This document shows, piece by piece, positions 8,472 through 18,324 of a stretch of 32,000 bases of DNA. The position numbers were made by a program, and so were the translations under genes. The notes under the pieces were generated by a model, which ran no database searches, was not told the origin of the DNA, and was given only the letters and a program-made list of their open reading frames with translations. The stretch is from Mycolicibacterium smegmatis (GTDB lineage Bacteria > Actinomycetota > Actinomycetes > Mycobacteriales > Mycobacteriaceae), in contig NZ_LN831039.1 in NCBI RefSeq assembly GCF_001457595.1, forward strand, positions 5,280,001-5,312,000, in the 5' to 3' direction. Within the stretch, counting starts at the first letter, position 1; every line of letters starts with the position of its first letter.

Positions 8472-10737
8472 TCTGCGTCACGCCGGCGGACGCCGGCTGC
8501 GGTTTAGGGTCGGGCGGCAGGCCGGACTCGCTGAACCCGATGCGCCCGTGCAGGCGCGCGAGCGGTGCGGGCGCCCACCAGTTCCACTTGCCCATGACGC
8601 GCATGAAGGCCGGGACCAGCAGCATCCGCACCAGGGTCGCGTCGACGAGCACCGCGAGGGTGAGACCCAGGCCGAACATGCGCATGAATGCGACCTGCGC
8701 GGCGATCAGCGCCGCGAACGAGATGGACATCAGCAGCGCGGCGGCCGTGATCACGCGGCCGGTGTGGGCGAGCCCGAGTGCGACGCTCTCCTCGTTGGCC
8801 GCGCGGGACTGATCCGACTGCAGCCAGAACTCCCGGATCCGCGAGACCAGGAACACCTCGTAGTCCATCGACAGGCCGAAGGCGATGCAGAACAACAACA
8901 CCGGCAGGTTGGCGACGAGCGTGCCGGTCGGCGTGGTGCCCAGCGCGCCGAGGTGGCCGTCCTGGAAGATCCACACCAGCGCGCCGAACGCGGCCGACAG
9001 CGACAACACGTTGAGCACCAACGCTTTCAGCGGCAGCACGACGCTGCCGGTCAGCAGGAACAGCAGGACGAACGTGATGCCCGCGATGATGCCCAGCACC
9101 AGCGGCAGCCGGGACGTGATCGCCTGAGAGCTGTCCCGGTTGACCTGCGCGACACCGGTGAACTGGACCTCGGCGGGCGCGGCCACGGCGTGCAGCGCGT
9201 CGAGTTGCGCCTCCGAGGCGTCGCTGAACAACGGTGCGTCGCTGCCCACGGTGAGAAACGCGCTGCCGTCGCCGATGCCGGTGGCCGCCGACGGCGGACC
9301 CACGTGGCGGCCCTGGACGTAGGTGCCGCCGGGCGCCGACACCGACGAGACGTCGGCGACCTGGGACAGCCGTGCGGCGTACCGGTCGATCTCGGCGGGG
9401 GCCACCGTGGTGGCGTCGGGGAGCACCACGGTGACGCTCGTCGCCGAGTCGACGGCGAAGTTGGTGCGCATCTCGTCGCCGATCTGGCGCGCCGATGCGC
9501 TCTGCGGCAGCACGCGGTCATCGGGGAAGCCCCACTTGATCCCGGTGAACGGCACCCCGAGAAGCACCAGCAGCGCGATGATCCCGACGCCGATCGGCAC
9601 GGCTCGGCGCATCGCGGCCTTGGCGGTGCGGTACCAGAAGCCCTGCTCGACGGGTTTGGGTTCCGGTTCGGGCCGCCCGAACACGCGCCGAAAGAACCGG
9701 CGTACGTCGTAGGCGTCGAGCCGGTCGCCGAGCAGCACGATCGCGGCCGGTGTGAGCACGATGGCGGCCGTGGCCGCGAGCGCCACCACGGCGATGCCCG
9801 CGTACGCGAACGACTTGAGGAAGTACATCGGGAACAGCACCATCGCGACCATCGACAGCGCGACCGTCATCGCCGAGAACAGCACGGTGCGCCCAGCGGT
9901 CATCATGGTGCGCACCAGTGCGTTCTCGCGGTCGGCACCCTCGGCCAGCTCGTCGCGGAACCGGCTGATGATCAACAGCGTGTAGTCGATCGCCAGCGCC
10001 AGACCCATTGCGACCGTGAGGTTGAGCGCGAAGATCGACACGTCGGTGACCATCGTGAACAGGCGCAGCACCGCGAGGGATCCGAGGATCGCGAAGCCTC
10101 CGACCGCGAGCGGCAGCGCCGCGGCCAGCAGTCCGCCGAACACCCACACCAGCACGACGAAGCTCAGCGGGATCGCGATGGATTCCATCATCAGCAGGTC
10201 TTTTTCGCTCTGCCCGTTGATCTGCACGTAGATCATGGCCTCGCCGCCTGCGCGCACCCGCACACCGTCGTGATCGCGCACGAGCTGATCGGTGAGTTCC
10301 TTGGCGTGCTGTTGTGCGCCGTTCTCCCCCCCGTTGAGGCCGGCCACGATCAAACCGGTCCGGGCGTCCTTGCTCATCAGCGCGGGCGCCGCCGAGGGCG
10401 GCGCGGTCCAGGCCGAGGTGACCTCGGTGACGTACGGCGACGCCTTGAGTTTCGAGACGATCTCGGTGCCGACCTCACGGGCCCGCTCACCGTCGGCGCG
10501 GTCTCCGGGGGCCTCAGCGGTGACGGCGATGACGAGTTGCATGTCGCCGCGGTGGAACTTGTCGGCCAGCAGTTGTGTCGCACGTGCGGATTCGGCCGTG
10601 GGGTCCTGGAATCCACCTGCCGACAGCTTGTTTGCCACCGGGATGCCGAAGATGCCCGCGGCGATCATCACGAGCGCGGCCACCACGAGGATGCGGCGCG
10701 GTGCGGCAATCGCCGTGGTTGCGATTCGTTGCAGCAC
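8464..10737 (-). CDS. MMPL/RND family transporter (757 aa), MmpL13-like by context
   Basis: Two MMPL domains with GLALAIDYTLLIISRFRDEL and FGLSMDYEVFLVSRIREFW motifs. Probable start GTG 10737 with SD GGAGGAG immediately upstream; track ORF opens at 10752. Confidence 0.92.
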   Translation of the reverse strand: MLQRIATTAIAAPRRILVVAALVMIAAGIFGIPVANKLSAGGFQDPTAESARATQLLADKFHRGDMQLVIAVTAEAPGDRADGERAREVGTEIVSKLKASPYVTEVTSAWTAPPSAAPALMSKDARTGLIVAGLNGGENGAQQHAKELTDQLVRDHDGVRVRAGGEAMIYVQINGQSEKDLLMMESIAIPLSFVVLVWVFGGLLAAALPLAVGGFAILGSLAVLRLFTMVTDVSIFALNLTVAMGLALAIDYTLLIISRFRDELAEGADRENALVRTMMTAGRTVLFSAMTVALSMVAMVLFPMYFLKSFAYAGIAVVALAATAAIVLTPAAIVLLGDRLDAYDVRRFFRRVFGRPEPEPKPVEQGFWYRTAKAAMRRAVPIGVGIIALLVLLGVPFTGIKWGFPDDRVLPQSASARQIGDEMRTNFAVDSATSVTVVLPDATTVAPAEIDRYAARLSQVADVSSVSAPGGTYVQGRHVGPPSAATGIGDGSAFLTVGSDAPLFSDASEAQLDALHAVAAPAEVQFTGVAQVNRDSSQAITSRLPLVLGIIAGITFVLLFLLTGSVVLPLKALVLNVLSLSAAFGALVWIFQDGHLGALGTTPTGTLVANLPVLLFCIAFGLSMDYEVFLVSRIREFWLQSDQSRAANEESVALGLAHTGRVITAAALLMSISFAALIAAQVAFMRMFGLGLTLAVLVDATLVRMLLVPAFMRVMGKWNWWAPAPLARLHGRIGFSESGLPPDPKPQPASAGVTQSG

Positions 10738-10760
10738 GTGCGCTCCTCCCACAACGTAGA

Positions 10761-10787
10761 TTACCGTCGTTAAGTTAACAACGATAA
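10761..10787. promoter_or_regulatory. Putative TetR-family operator upstream of the MMPL gene
   Basis: TTACCGTCGTTAA-g-TTAACAACGATAA: 13-bp arms, 11/13 symmetric, 24 bp upstream of GTG 10737. Confidence 0.75.
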
Positions 10788-10954
10788 GTTGAGGTCGTCA
10801 ACGCCGACTTCGCAGATAGACACGATCGAAATCCCTTGCCGGTTCACCCCTGGCGGGTTCACAGTGTTCTTCTGGGACTCTCCCGGGAATCTCTCGGGCT
10901 GCTCACAGGTTGTCCCCCGCGATTAGTTCTCGACGTGCGAAGGGTCCAGTAGTC

Positions 10955-11515
10955 ATGACCGCGAATTCCCTGGAGAAAACAAGCCTGTCGTCGGGCGCCA
11001 CGCCGTCCGCCCGGTCGATGGCCGACACGGGCCTGTTCATCCTGCGCCTGGCACTGGGCGCGACGATGCTGCAGGCCGGCCTGATCAAGGCCGCCGACTT
11101 CGGCACCACCGTGGGGTTCATGGAAAGCGGCGGCTGGAGCCTGCCGACGTTCGCCGCCCTCATGGTCACCACCGCCGAGACCCTCGGCGGACTCGGCCTG
11201 CTACTCGGAGTCCTGACCCCGCTGGCGGCGTGCGCCGTGATCGGGGCGATGGTCGACGCGTGGGCCGTGAACGTCTCGACCGACGTGGTCTGGGCGATGC
11301 CGTTCAACGTCCCGTTCCTCGTGGCGTTCGGCGCGGCAACCCTGCTGTTCACCGGCTCCGGACGTTGGTCGGTGGATCACCGGGTGTTCGGCCGCAGCAC
11401 GGTGCCCAGGCCCATCGCGGTCGGACTGCTGGTCGCGGGCGTCGCGGTGGCGATCCTGACCTGGATGGCGCTCAACGGCGTCAACCCGATCCACTTCAGC
11501 GCTCCTCAGGGCTGA
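10955..11515 (+). CDS. DoxX family membrane protein
   Basis: GLFILRLALGATMLQAGLIKAADFGTTVGFMESGG...ALMVTTAETLGGLGLLLGVLTPLAACAVIGAM; 4-TM DoxX-like. ATG 10955 preceded by GAAGGG SD. Confidence 0.85.
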   Translation: MTANSLEKTSLSSGATPSARSMADTGLFILRLALGATMLQAGLIKAADFGTTVGFMESGGWSLPTFAALMVTTAETLGGLGLLLGVLTPLAACAVIGAMVDAWAVNVSTDVVWAMPFNVPFLVAFGAATLLFTGSGRWSVDHRVFGRSTVPRPIAVGLLVAGVAVAILTWMALNGVNPIHFSAPQG

Positions 11516-11619
11516 CGACGGTTAGCTACCTGCCGGAAACCTACCCAAAAGTAGGATTGCCACCATATTCCGAATCGTGACTCAAAGATTCCTTAATAGT
11601 GACCCATACGCTCAGAGTC

Positions 11620-11751
11620 ATGTGGATCGACGACACCAGTGCCGATGTCATCAAGGTCGACTTCGAGGCTCTTTACCACGGCGATGTTCTCGTCGAGGGT
11701 GACACCTCGGAGCAGTTTGACGACTTCCAGCAACTGCCTACCGCGGTATGA
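11620..11751 (+). CDS. Small acidic ORF of unknown function (43 aa; 50 aa if started at GTG 11599)
   Basis: Manual translation MWIDDTSADVIKVDFEALYHGDVLVEGDTSEQFDDFQQLPTAV* ; stop codon 2 nt before a perfect GC-rich hairpin (11754-11779). Not in the supplied ORF track. Confidence 0.5.
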   Translation: MWIDDTSADVIKVDFEALYHGDVLVEGDTSEQFDDFQQLPTAV

Positions 11752-11753
11752 GA

Positions 11754-11779
11754 AAACGCGCGCCTCGCGGCGCGCGTTT
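11754..11779. terminator. Probable bidirectional intrinsic-terminator hairpin
   Basis: AAACGCGCGCC-TCGC-GGCGCGCGTTT: perfect 11-bp stem. T-rich on the minus-strand side (TTTTCTC). Confidence 0.75.
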
Positions 11780-11792
11780 CCCGGTTTGAGTT

Positions 11793-11808
11793 TGCCCGCA
11801 CGCGGGCA
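11793..11808. terminator. Short GC hairpin, second of a tandem set
   Basis: TGCCCG-CACG-CGGGCA. Confidence 0.4.
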
Positions 11809-11831
11809 CACTCCCTGACCTGCTTTCGAAT

Positions 11832-13634
<1,803 letters not shown>

Positions 13635-13685
13635 TTACCGCATTCCTTTCCGGCCGGCCCTGTGCCGACCAATGGGTGGTTGGGA

Positions 13686-14777
13686 CTAACTCCAGTCGCG
13701 CAGCACGGCCTCAGTGTCGGCGCCACGCTGCGGCGGCGGCGTCGGCCGACCCGGCTGCGTGCGCGAGAACCGCGGTGCGGGCATGGGCTGCAGGTTGCCT
13801 TCGTCGTCGTAGAAGGTGTTGCGCTCGGCCACATGCGGCTCGTCGAGCACCTCGGCGAACGACAGCACCGGCGTCGTACATGCGTCGGTGCCCTCGAAGA
13901 CCTTGGTCCAGTGCGCCCGGTCGTGCGCCGCGAACGCCTTGGCGAACGCCTCGCGCAGTTCGGGCCAGCGGGAGATGTCGTTCTGCGCAGGCAGATCGGC
14001 CCCGTCGAGGCCCAGACCCTTGAGCAGTTCGGCGTAGAACTGCGGTTCGATCGCGCCGACCGCAATGTACTTGCCGTCGGCGGTCTCGTAGGTGTCGTAG
14101 TACGGCGCACCCGTGTCGAGCATGTTGGTGCCGCGCTCGTCCGACCACATGCCGTTGGCGCGGAAGCTCCACATCATCTCCATGAGCACGGCCGAGCCGT
14201 CGACCATCGCGGCGTCGATGACCTGGCCCTTGCCCGAGGCCTGCCGTTCGTACAGCGCCGAGAGGATGCCGACCAGCAGGAACATCGACCCGCCACCGAA
14301 GTCGCCTGCGAGGTTCAGCGGCGGCACCGGGCGCCCGCCTTTGCGCCCGACCGCGTGCAGCGTGCCGTTGAGCGAGATGTAGTTGATGTCGTGGCCGGCC
14401 TGCAGAGCGCGCGGGCCGTCCTGGCCCCAGCCGGTCATGCGCGCGTAGATCAGCCGTTCGTTGACCTTGGCGCAGTCCTCGGGTCCCAGGCCCAGGCGTT
14501 CGGTGACCCCGGGCCGGTAGCCCTCGATCAGCACGTCGGCCTTGGCGACCAGCTGCAGCACCAGGTCACGACCTTCGGGCGCCTTCAGGTCGGCCACCAC
14601 CGAACGGCGGTTGCGCAGCATCGCGTCACGGTCACCCGCGGGGACCCCACCGCCCTTGCCCGGGCGCTCGATGCGCACGACGTCAGCGCCCAGATCGCCC
14701 AGAATCATCGCCGCGTGCGGGCCGGGGCCGATACCGGCCAACTCGACAACCCGCAAACCTTGCAGTGGTCCTGCCAT
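13686..14777 (-). CDS. mcr: CaiB/BaiF CoA-transferase family, alpha-methylacyl-CoA racemase-like
   Basis: [40 protein letters not shown]...[15 protein letters not shown]-type region; context matches mcr (Rv1143). Real start ATG 14777; the 695-aa track ORF is a 5' over-extension. Confidence 0.88.
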   Translation of the reverse strand: MAGPLQGLRVVELAGIGPGPHAAMILGDLGADVVRIERPGKGGGVPAGDRDAMLRNRRSVVADLKAPEGRDLVLQLVAKADVLIEGYRPGVTERLGLGPEDCAKVNERLIYARMTGWGQDGPRALQAGHDINYISLNGTLHAVGRKGGRPVPPLNLAGDFGGGSMFLLVGILSALYERQASGKGQVIDAAMVDGSAVLMEMMWSFRANGMWSDERGTNMLDTGAPYYDTYETADGKYIAVGAIEPQFYAELLKGLGLDGADLPAQNDISRWPELREAFAKAFAAHDRAHWTKVFEGTDACTTPVLSFAEVLDEPHVAERNTFYDDEGNLQPMPAPRFSRTQPGRPTPPPQRGADTEAVLRDWS

Positions 14778-14806
14778 GCTCAAACGCCCCTTCGCGTGTA
14801 GATCAG

Positions 14807-14836
14807 TTGACCGCCGACATAGCTTACTTGTATAAC
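14807..14836 (+). promoter_or_regulatory. Candidate sigma-A-type promoter for the divergent crotonase gene
   Basis: TTGACC - 18 nt - TATAAC, about 74 nt upstream of ATG 14910. Confidence 0.4.
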
Positions 14837-14909
14837 CTTCTCGGTCGGCCATGGCCATAGCCGGCCCCGCCGGAGCAGGTGGATCGCCTGCCGGACCTAA
14901 GGTGCACAG

Positions 14910-15737
14910 ATGACTTCCACCGATGCCAGTGCCGAGACCGTGACCCGCGATTACCCCAGCATCGACGACGTTTCGGTATCCCTCACCGACGGTGTTCTGG
15001 CGGTGACGCTCAACCGCCCCGACAGCCTCAACTCGCTCAACCGGGACATGCTCAACGCGGTCGCCGACGCCATGGAGGTCGCCGCGACCGATCCGGCTGT
15101 GCGCGTCGTGCGCCTCGGTGGCGCCGGCCGCGGGTTCAGCTCGGGTGCCGGCATCAGCGAGGAAGACCAGAACGCCAAGGGTCACGACGCCGCGGCCGTG
15201 CTCGATGCCGCCAACCGCGCCGTCGCTGCGATCGTGGCGCTGCCGAAACCCGTTGTCGCCGTGGTGCACGGGCCGGCCGCAGGCGTCGGCGTGTCGCTCG
15301 CGTTGGCGTGCGACATCGTGCTCGCGTCGGATCAGGCGTTCTTCCTGCTGGCGTTCACCAAGATCGGCCTGATGCCCGACGGCGGCGCGTCGGCGCTGGT
15401 CGCGGCGGCCATCGGCCGCATCCGCGCGATGCGGCTGGCGCTGCTGGCCGACCGGCTGACCGCCACCGACGCCTACGACTGGGGCCTGATCAGCGCCGTG
15501 TACCCGGCCGACGAGTTCGACGCGGCCGTCGACAAGGTGCTGGCGAAGCTGCGCAACGGGCCCGCTGTCGCGCTGCGCAAGACCAAGCAGGCGATCAACG
15601 AAGCGACGCTCACCGAGCTGGACGACGCGATCGCGCGTGAGCGCGAGGGACAGCTGGAGTTGTTGGTGGCCAACGACTTCCGTGAAGGCGCGCAGGCGTT
15701 CCAGCAGAACCGGCGCCCGGAGTTCACGGACCAGTAG
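14910..15737 (+). CDS. Enoyl-CoA hydratase/isomerase family
   Basis: [20 protein letters not shown]...[19 protein letters not shown]...[46 protein letters not shown]. Confidence 0.93.
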   Translation: MTSTDASAETVTRDYPSIDDVSVSLTDGVLAVTLNRPDSLNSLNRDMLNAVADAMEVAATDPAVRVVRLGGAGRGFSSGAGISEEDQNAKGHDAAAVLDAANRAVAAIVALPKPVVAVVHGPAAGVGVSLALACDIVLASDQAFFLLAFTKIGLMPDGGASALVAAAIGRIRAMRLALLADRLTATDAYDWGLISAVYPADEFDAAVDKVLAKLRNGPAVALRKTKQAINEATLTELDDAIAREREGQLELLVANDFREGAQAFQQNRRPEFTDQ

Positions 15738-15755
15738 GGCGTACCCGGTCGCTCT

Positions 15756-15789
15756 CGAACCCTGATATCGCATGCGATATCAGGGTTCG
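15756..15789. repeat. Perfect 34-bp palindrome (copy 1 of a GATATC-containing element)
   Basis: CGAACCCTGATATCGCATGCGATATCAGGGTTCG, identical to its reverse complement. Confidence 0.9.
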
Positions 15790-15857
15790 TGCATGAGTGG
15801 GGACCGACCGGAGGTCGGGTCGGGGCGGCCCCTCCCCCCATCCACACTCACTTCCCA

Positions 15858-15885
15858 AACCCGATATCACCCGCGATATCAGGGT
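15858..15885. repeat. Degenerate palindrome (copy 2 of the same element)
   Basis: AACCCGATATCACCCGCGATATCAGGGTT; the right half GCGATATCAGGGTTC is identical to copy 1. Confidence 0.75.
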
Positions 15886-15905
15886 TCACAAGCAACACCC
15901 GACAC

Positions 15906-16262
15906 CTAGTAGTCGTCAAACGACACCATCGGACGCGCTGCCAATTTCTGCACCACCCACTGGTTCAGCGACACCCGCTGTTCGGCGGCTTCGACCATGA
16001 GCTTGGCGTGCAGAATGGGTGAGGTGCGCACCATGAAGCTGCCGCTGTAGCGCCGGTCGGTCAGTGGCTGCGGTAGATCCATGTCAGCCGCGAGCCTGTC
16101 GGCGACCTTCTGCTCGACGAGGCGCTGCGCACGTTCGACGGCCTCGTGCGCGGTGAACGCCCGCGCGCACAGCGTCGGGAACTCCAGGCACAGGCCGAAG
16201 TATTCGCGGTATTCCGGGGACCACTGCGCGCGGTACGTCCACTGCGGTTCGGTGTCTGTCAT
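15906..16262 (-). CDS. HicB-family (HicB_lk) antitoxin-like protein, no adjacent HicA
   Basis: YRAQWSPEYREYFGLCLEFPTLCARAFTAHEAVERAQRLVEQKV...YSGSFMVRTSPILHAKLMVEAAEQRVSLNQWVVQKLAARP: HicB-like fold plus C-terminal RHH/Arc-like segment. Real start ATG 16262. Confidence 0.8.
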   Translation of the reverse strand: MTDTEPQWTYRAQWSPEYREYFGLCLEFPTLCARAFTAHEAVERAQRLVEQKVADRLAADMDLPQPLTDRRYSGSFMVRTSPILHAKLMVEAAEQRVSLNQWVVQKLAARPMVSFDDY

Positions 16263-16347
16263 GGCCCGATGATCGGCCAGGGCACCGACAACCACCCGGG
16301 CGTAATTCATTGGACTCGGCCGCCGCAGGTTGGGACCATCAAATGTT

Positions 16348-17637
16348 GTGAGTACGCAACATGACATCGAAGAACCGGTGCGCTCCCCGCGTCCGGTCGC
16401 AGGCTGGCGCGTACTCGCACCGTTCCGGATCCGCGAGTACCGCCTGCTGATCGCCGCGGTCACGCTGTCGATCTTCGCCGAGGGCATGTGGTCGGTGGTC
16501 ATGGCGCTGCAGGTGATCGCGATCGACAACGATCCGGCGTCACTGTCGCTGGTCGCGACGTGCCTCGGTGTCGGCCTGGTCGCGTTCGTCCTCGTCGGCG
16601 GCATCACCGCGGACCGGATCAACCAGCGCACCATCATCATTGCCGTCGAGGTGGTCAACTTCGTCACGGTCGCGGTGATCTCCGCGCTGGCCCTGCTGGG
16701 CGTGCTGAAGATCTGGCACATGGCCGTTGCCGCAGGCATTCTCGGCATCGCGGCGGCGTTCTTCTTCCCGGCCTACAGCGCGATCCTGCCGCGCATCCTG
16801 CCGCCCGAACAGCTGCTGGCCGCCAACGGTGTCGAGGGCGTGGTACGCCCGGTGTTCCAGCGTTCGGTGGGCCCCGCGGTGGCCGGCATGGTCATCGGTG
16901 CAACGATGCCGTCGATCGGCGCGGTCGTGGTGGCGGTGCTGTTCGCGCTCGGCCTGGCGCTGCTGGTCGCGACCCGTCCGCCCGCCCAGCCCGCCTCCGA
17001 GCACCATGAGCGCCCGCACGTATTGCGGGACCTGCGTGAAGGTTTCGCCTTCGTCCTGAAGACACCGTGGCTGCTGTGGACCGTGCTGTTCGCGAGCATG
17101 TTCGTGCTCGTCGTGCTGGGACCCATCGAGGTGCTGCTGCCGTTCATCGCACAGGACCGCTTCGCCGACGGCGCCCGCGCCTACGGTTTCATCCTGGCGT
17201 TCTTCGGTATCGGCAGTGCGATGGGCGCGCTGACGGTGTCGTCGCGGCGCATGCCGCGCCGCTATCTCACGACCATGATGCTGATGTGGGGTCTCGGCTC
17301 GATTCCCCTTGTGATCGTGGGATATACATCGTCGTTCCCGCTGATGGCCGCTGCGACGTTCGTCATCGGCGTCACCGACGGCGCTGGCATGGTGATCTGG
17401 GGAACGCTGCTGCAACGGCGTGTGCCCACCGAGATGCTGGGCCGCGTGTCGAGCCTGGACTTCTTCGTATCGCTGGCGTTCATGCCGTTGTCATTCGCGA
17501 TCGTGGGTCCGCTGTCGAAGGTGGTCTCGATGGAGGTGATCTTCGCGACGGCGGGTCTGGTGCCCGTGGCGATCGCGGCCGTGGCGTTCACCGCGGCGCG
17601 CATGCACCGTGACGAGGTGGCGAACCCACTGCTGTGA
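16348..17637 (+). CDS. MFS transporter (drug exporter-like)
   Basis: FRIREYRLLIAAVTLSIFAEGMWSVVMALQVI...GGITADRINQRTIII...LPRILPPEQLLAANGVEG; start GTG 16348, track opens at TTG 16330. Confidence 0.87.
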   Translation: MSTQHDIEEPVRSPRPVAGWRVLAPFRIREYRLLIAAVTLSIFAEGMWSVVMALQVIAIDNDPASLSLVATCLGVGLVAFVLVGGITADRINQRTIIIAVEVVNFVTVAVISALALLGVLKIWHMAVAAGILGIAAAFFFPAYSAILPRILPPEQLLAANGVEGVVRPVFQRSVGPAVAGMVIGATMPSIGAVVVAVLFALGLALLVATRPPAQPASEHHERPHVLRDLREGFAFVLKTPWLLWTVLFASMFVLVVLGPIEVLLPFIAQDRFADGARAYGFILAFFGIGSAMGALTVSSRRMPRRYLTTMMLMWGLGSIPLVIVGYTSSFPLMAAATFVIGVTDGAGMVIWGTLLQRRVPTEMLGRVSSLDFFVSLAFMPLSFAIVGPLSKVVSMEVIFATAGLVPVAIAAVAFTAARMHRDEVANPLL

Positions 17638-17640
17638 CGT

Positions 17641-18324
17641 CTACACGCCGAAGATCGGCGGGAGTGCGAGCACCATCGCCAGACCCCAGAAGAAATGGGT
17701 GAGCATCGGTGCGAGCACACCCCCGGTAACGCGGCGTTCCATGGCGCACACCGCGCCCAGGATGATGGCCGCGAACCCCAGCATGGGGTTGCCCGAGGCC
17801 ATCGTGGTCACGATGTAGATCAGCGTCGACACCACCACCGGGTAGAACTTCCCGAGCGCGGAGTACAGCGCACCGCGGAAGAACAGTTCCTCGGCGACGC
17901 CGTTGATGACGGTGATGAACACGATCAACGCCAGCGGCCCGGTATTGCTGAATTCCAGTACACGCGTGATGAATTCACGGATGCCGGGGATCTCGCGGGC
18001 AATGAGGGCGCCGACGACGAACACACCCGCGAGCGTGATACCGACGACGGCACCGGCAAGCGCGGGGCGCCGGTCCCGCCCACGGACATGCAGGTACCCC
18101 AGGTGCAAGGGACCGGACACGAACGCGCCGACGGCCCACACCGCGGCCAGCACCAGCGTCAGCCACAGGAACGAGCCGTCGCCGGGCGAGCGGGTCAGCG
18201 AGTATCCGAGCAGTCCCGCCCCGATGAGCAGGAACACCGAGACGACGATGCGTCGGCGCCGGATCTGTTCGGGCGCTTCGTGACACACCTCCGGCTCACG
18301 TGCCTGCTGGATGAACCGGGTCAC
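17641..18324 (-). CDS. CPBP family intramembrane metalloprotease
   Basis: VINGVAEELFFRGALYSAL (EExxxR motif) and THFFWGLAMVLALP; start GTG 18324 overlaps the stop of the upstream gene. Confidence 0.88.
   Translation of the reverse strand: MTRFIQQAREPEVCHEAPEQIRRRRIVVSVFLLIGAGLLGYSLTRSPGDGSFLWLTLVLAAVWAVGAFVSGPLHLGYLHVRGRDRRPALAGAVVGITLAGVFVVGALIAREIPGIREFITRVLEFSNTGPLALIVFITVINGVAEELFFRGALYSALGKFYPVVVSTLIYIVTTMASGNPMLGFAAIILGAVCAMERRVTGGVLAPMLTHFFWGLAMVLALPPIFGV

Noticed and set aside
8293-10773. 826-aa plus-strand ORF antisense to the MMPL gene
   Set aside because: His/Arg/Gly/Asp-rich shadow ORF typical of high-GC DNA; the opposite strand encodes a well-recognised MMPL transporter.
11593-11811. 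72-aa minus-strand ORF opposite the small acidic ORF
   Set aside because: Runs through two hairpins and lacks a recognisable family; the plus-strand frame ends cleanly before the terminator and is preferred, though neither is proven.
14847-14856. GGCCATGGCC palindrome in the racemase/crotonase divergent region
   Set aside because: 10-bp GC-rich palindrome is expected by chance in this composition; no supporting half-sites.
13686-15773. 695-aa minus-strand ORF as a fusion protein
   Set aside because: The N-terminal ~330 aa are antisense to the crotonase gene; the true gene starts at ATG 14777 ([15 protein letters not shown]).
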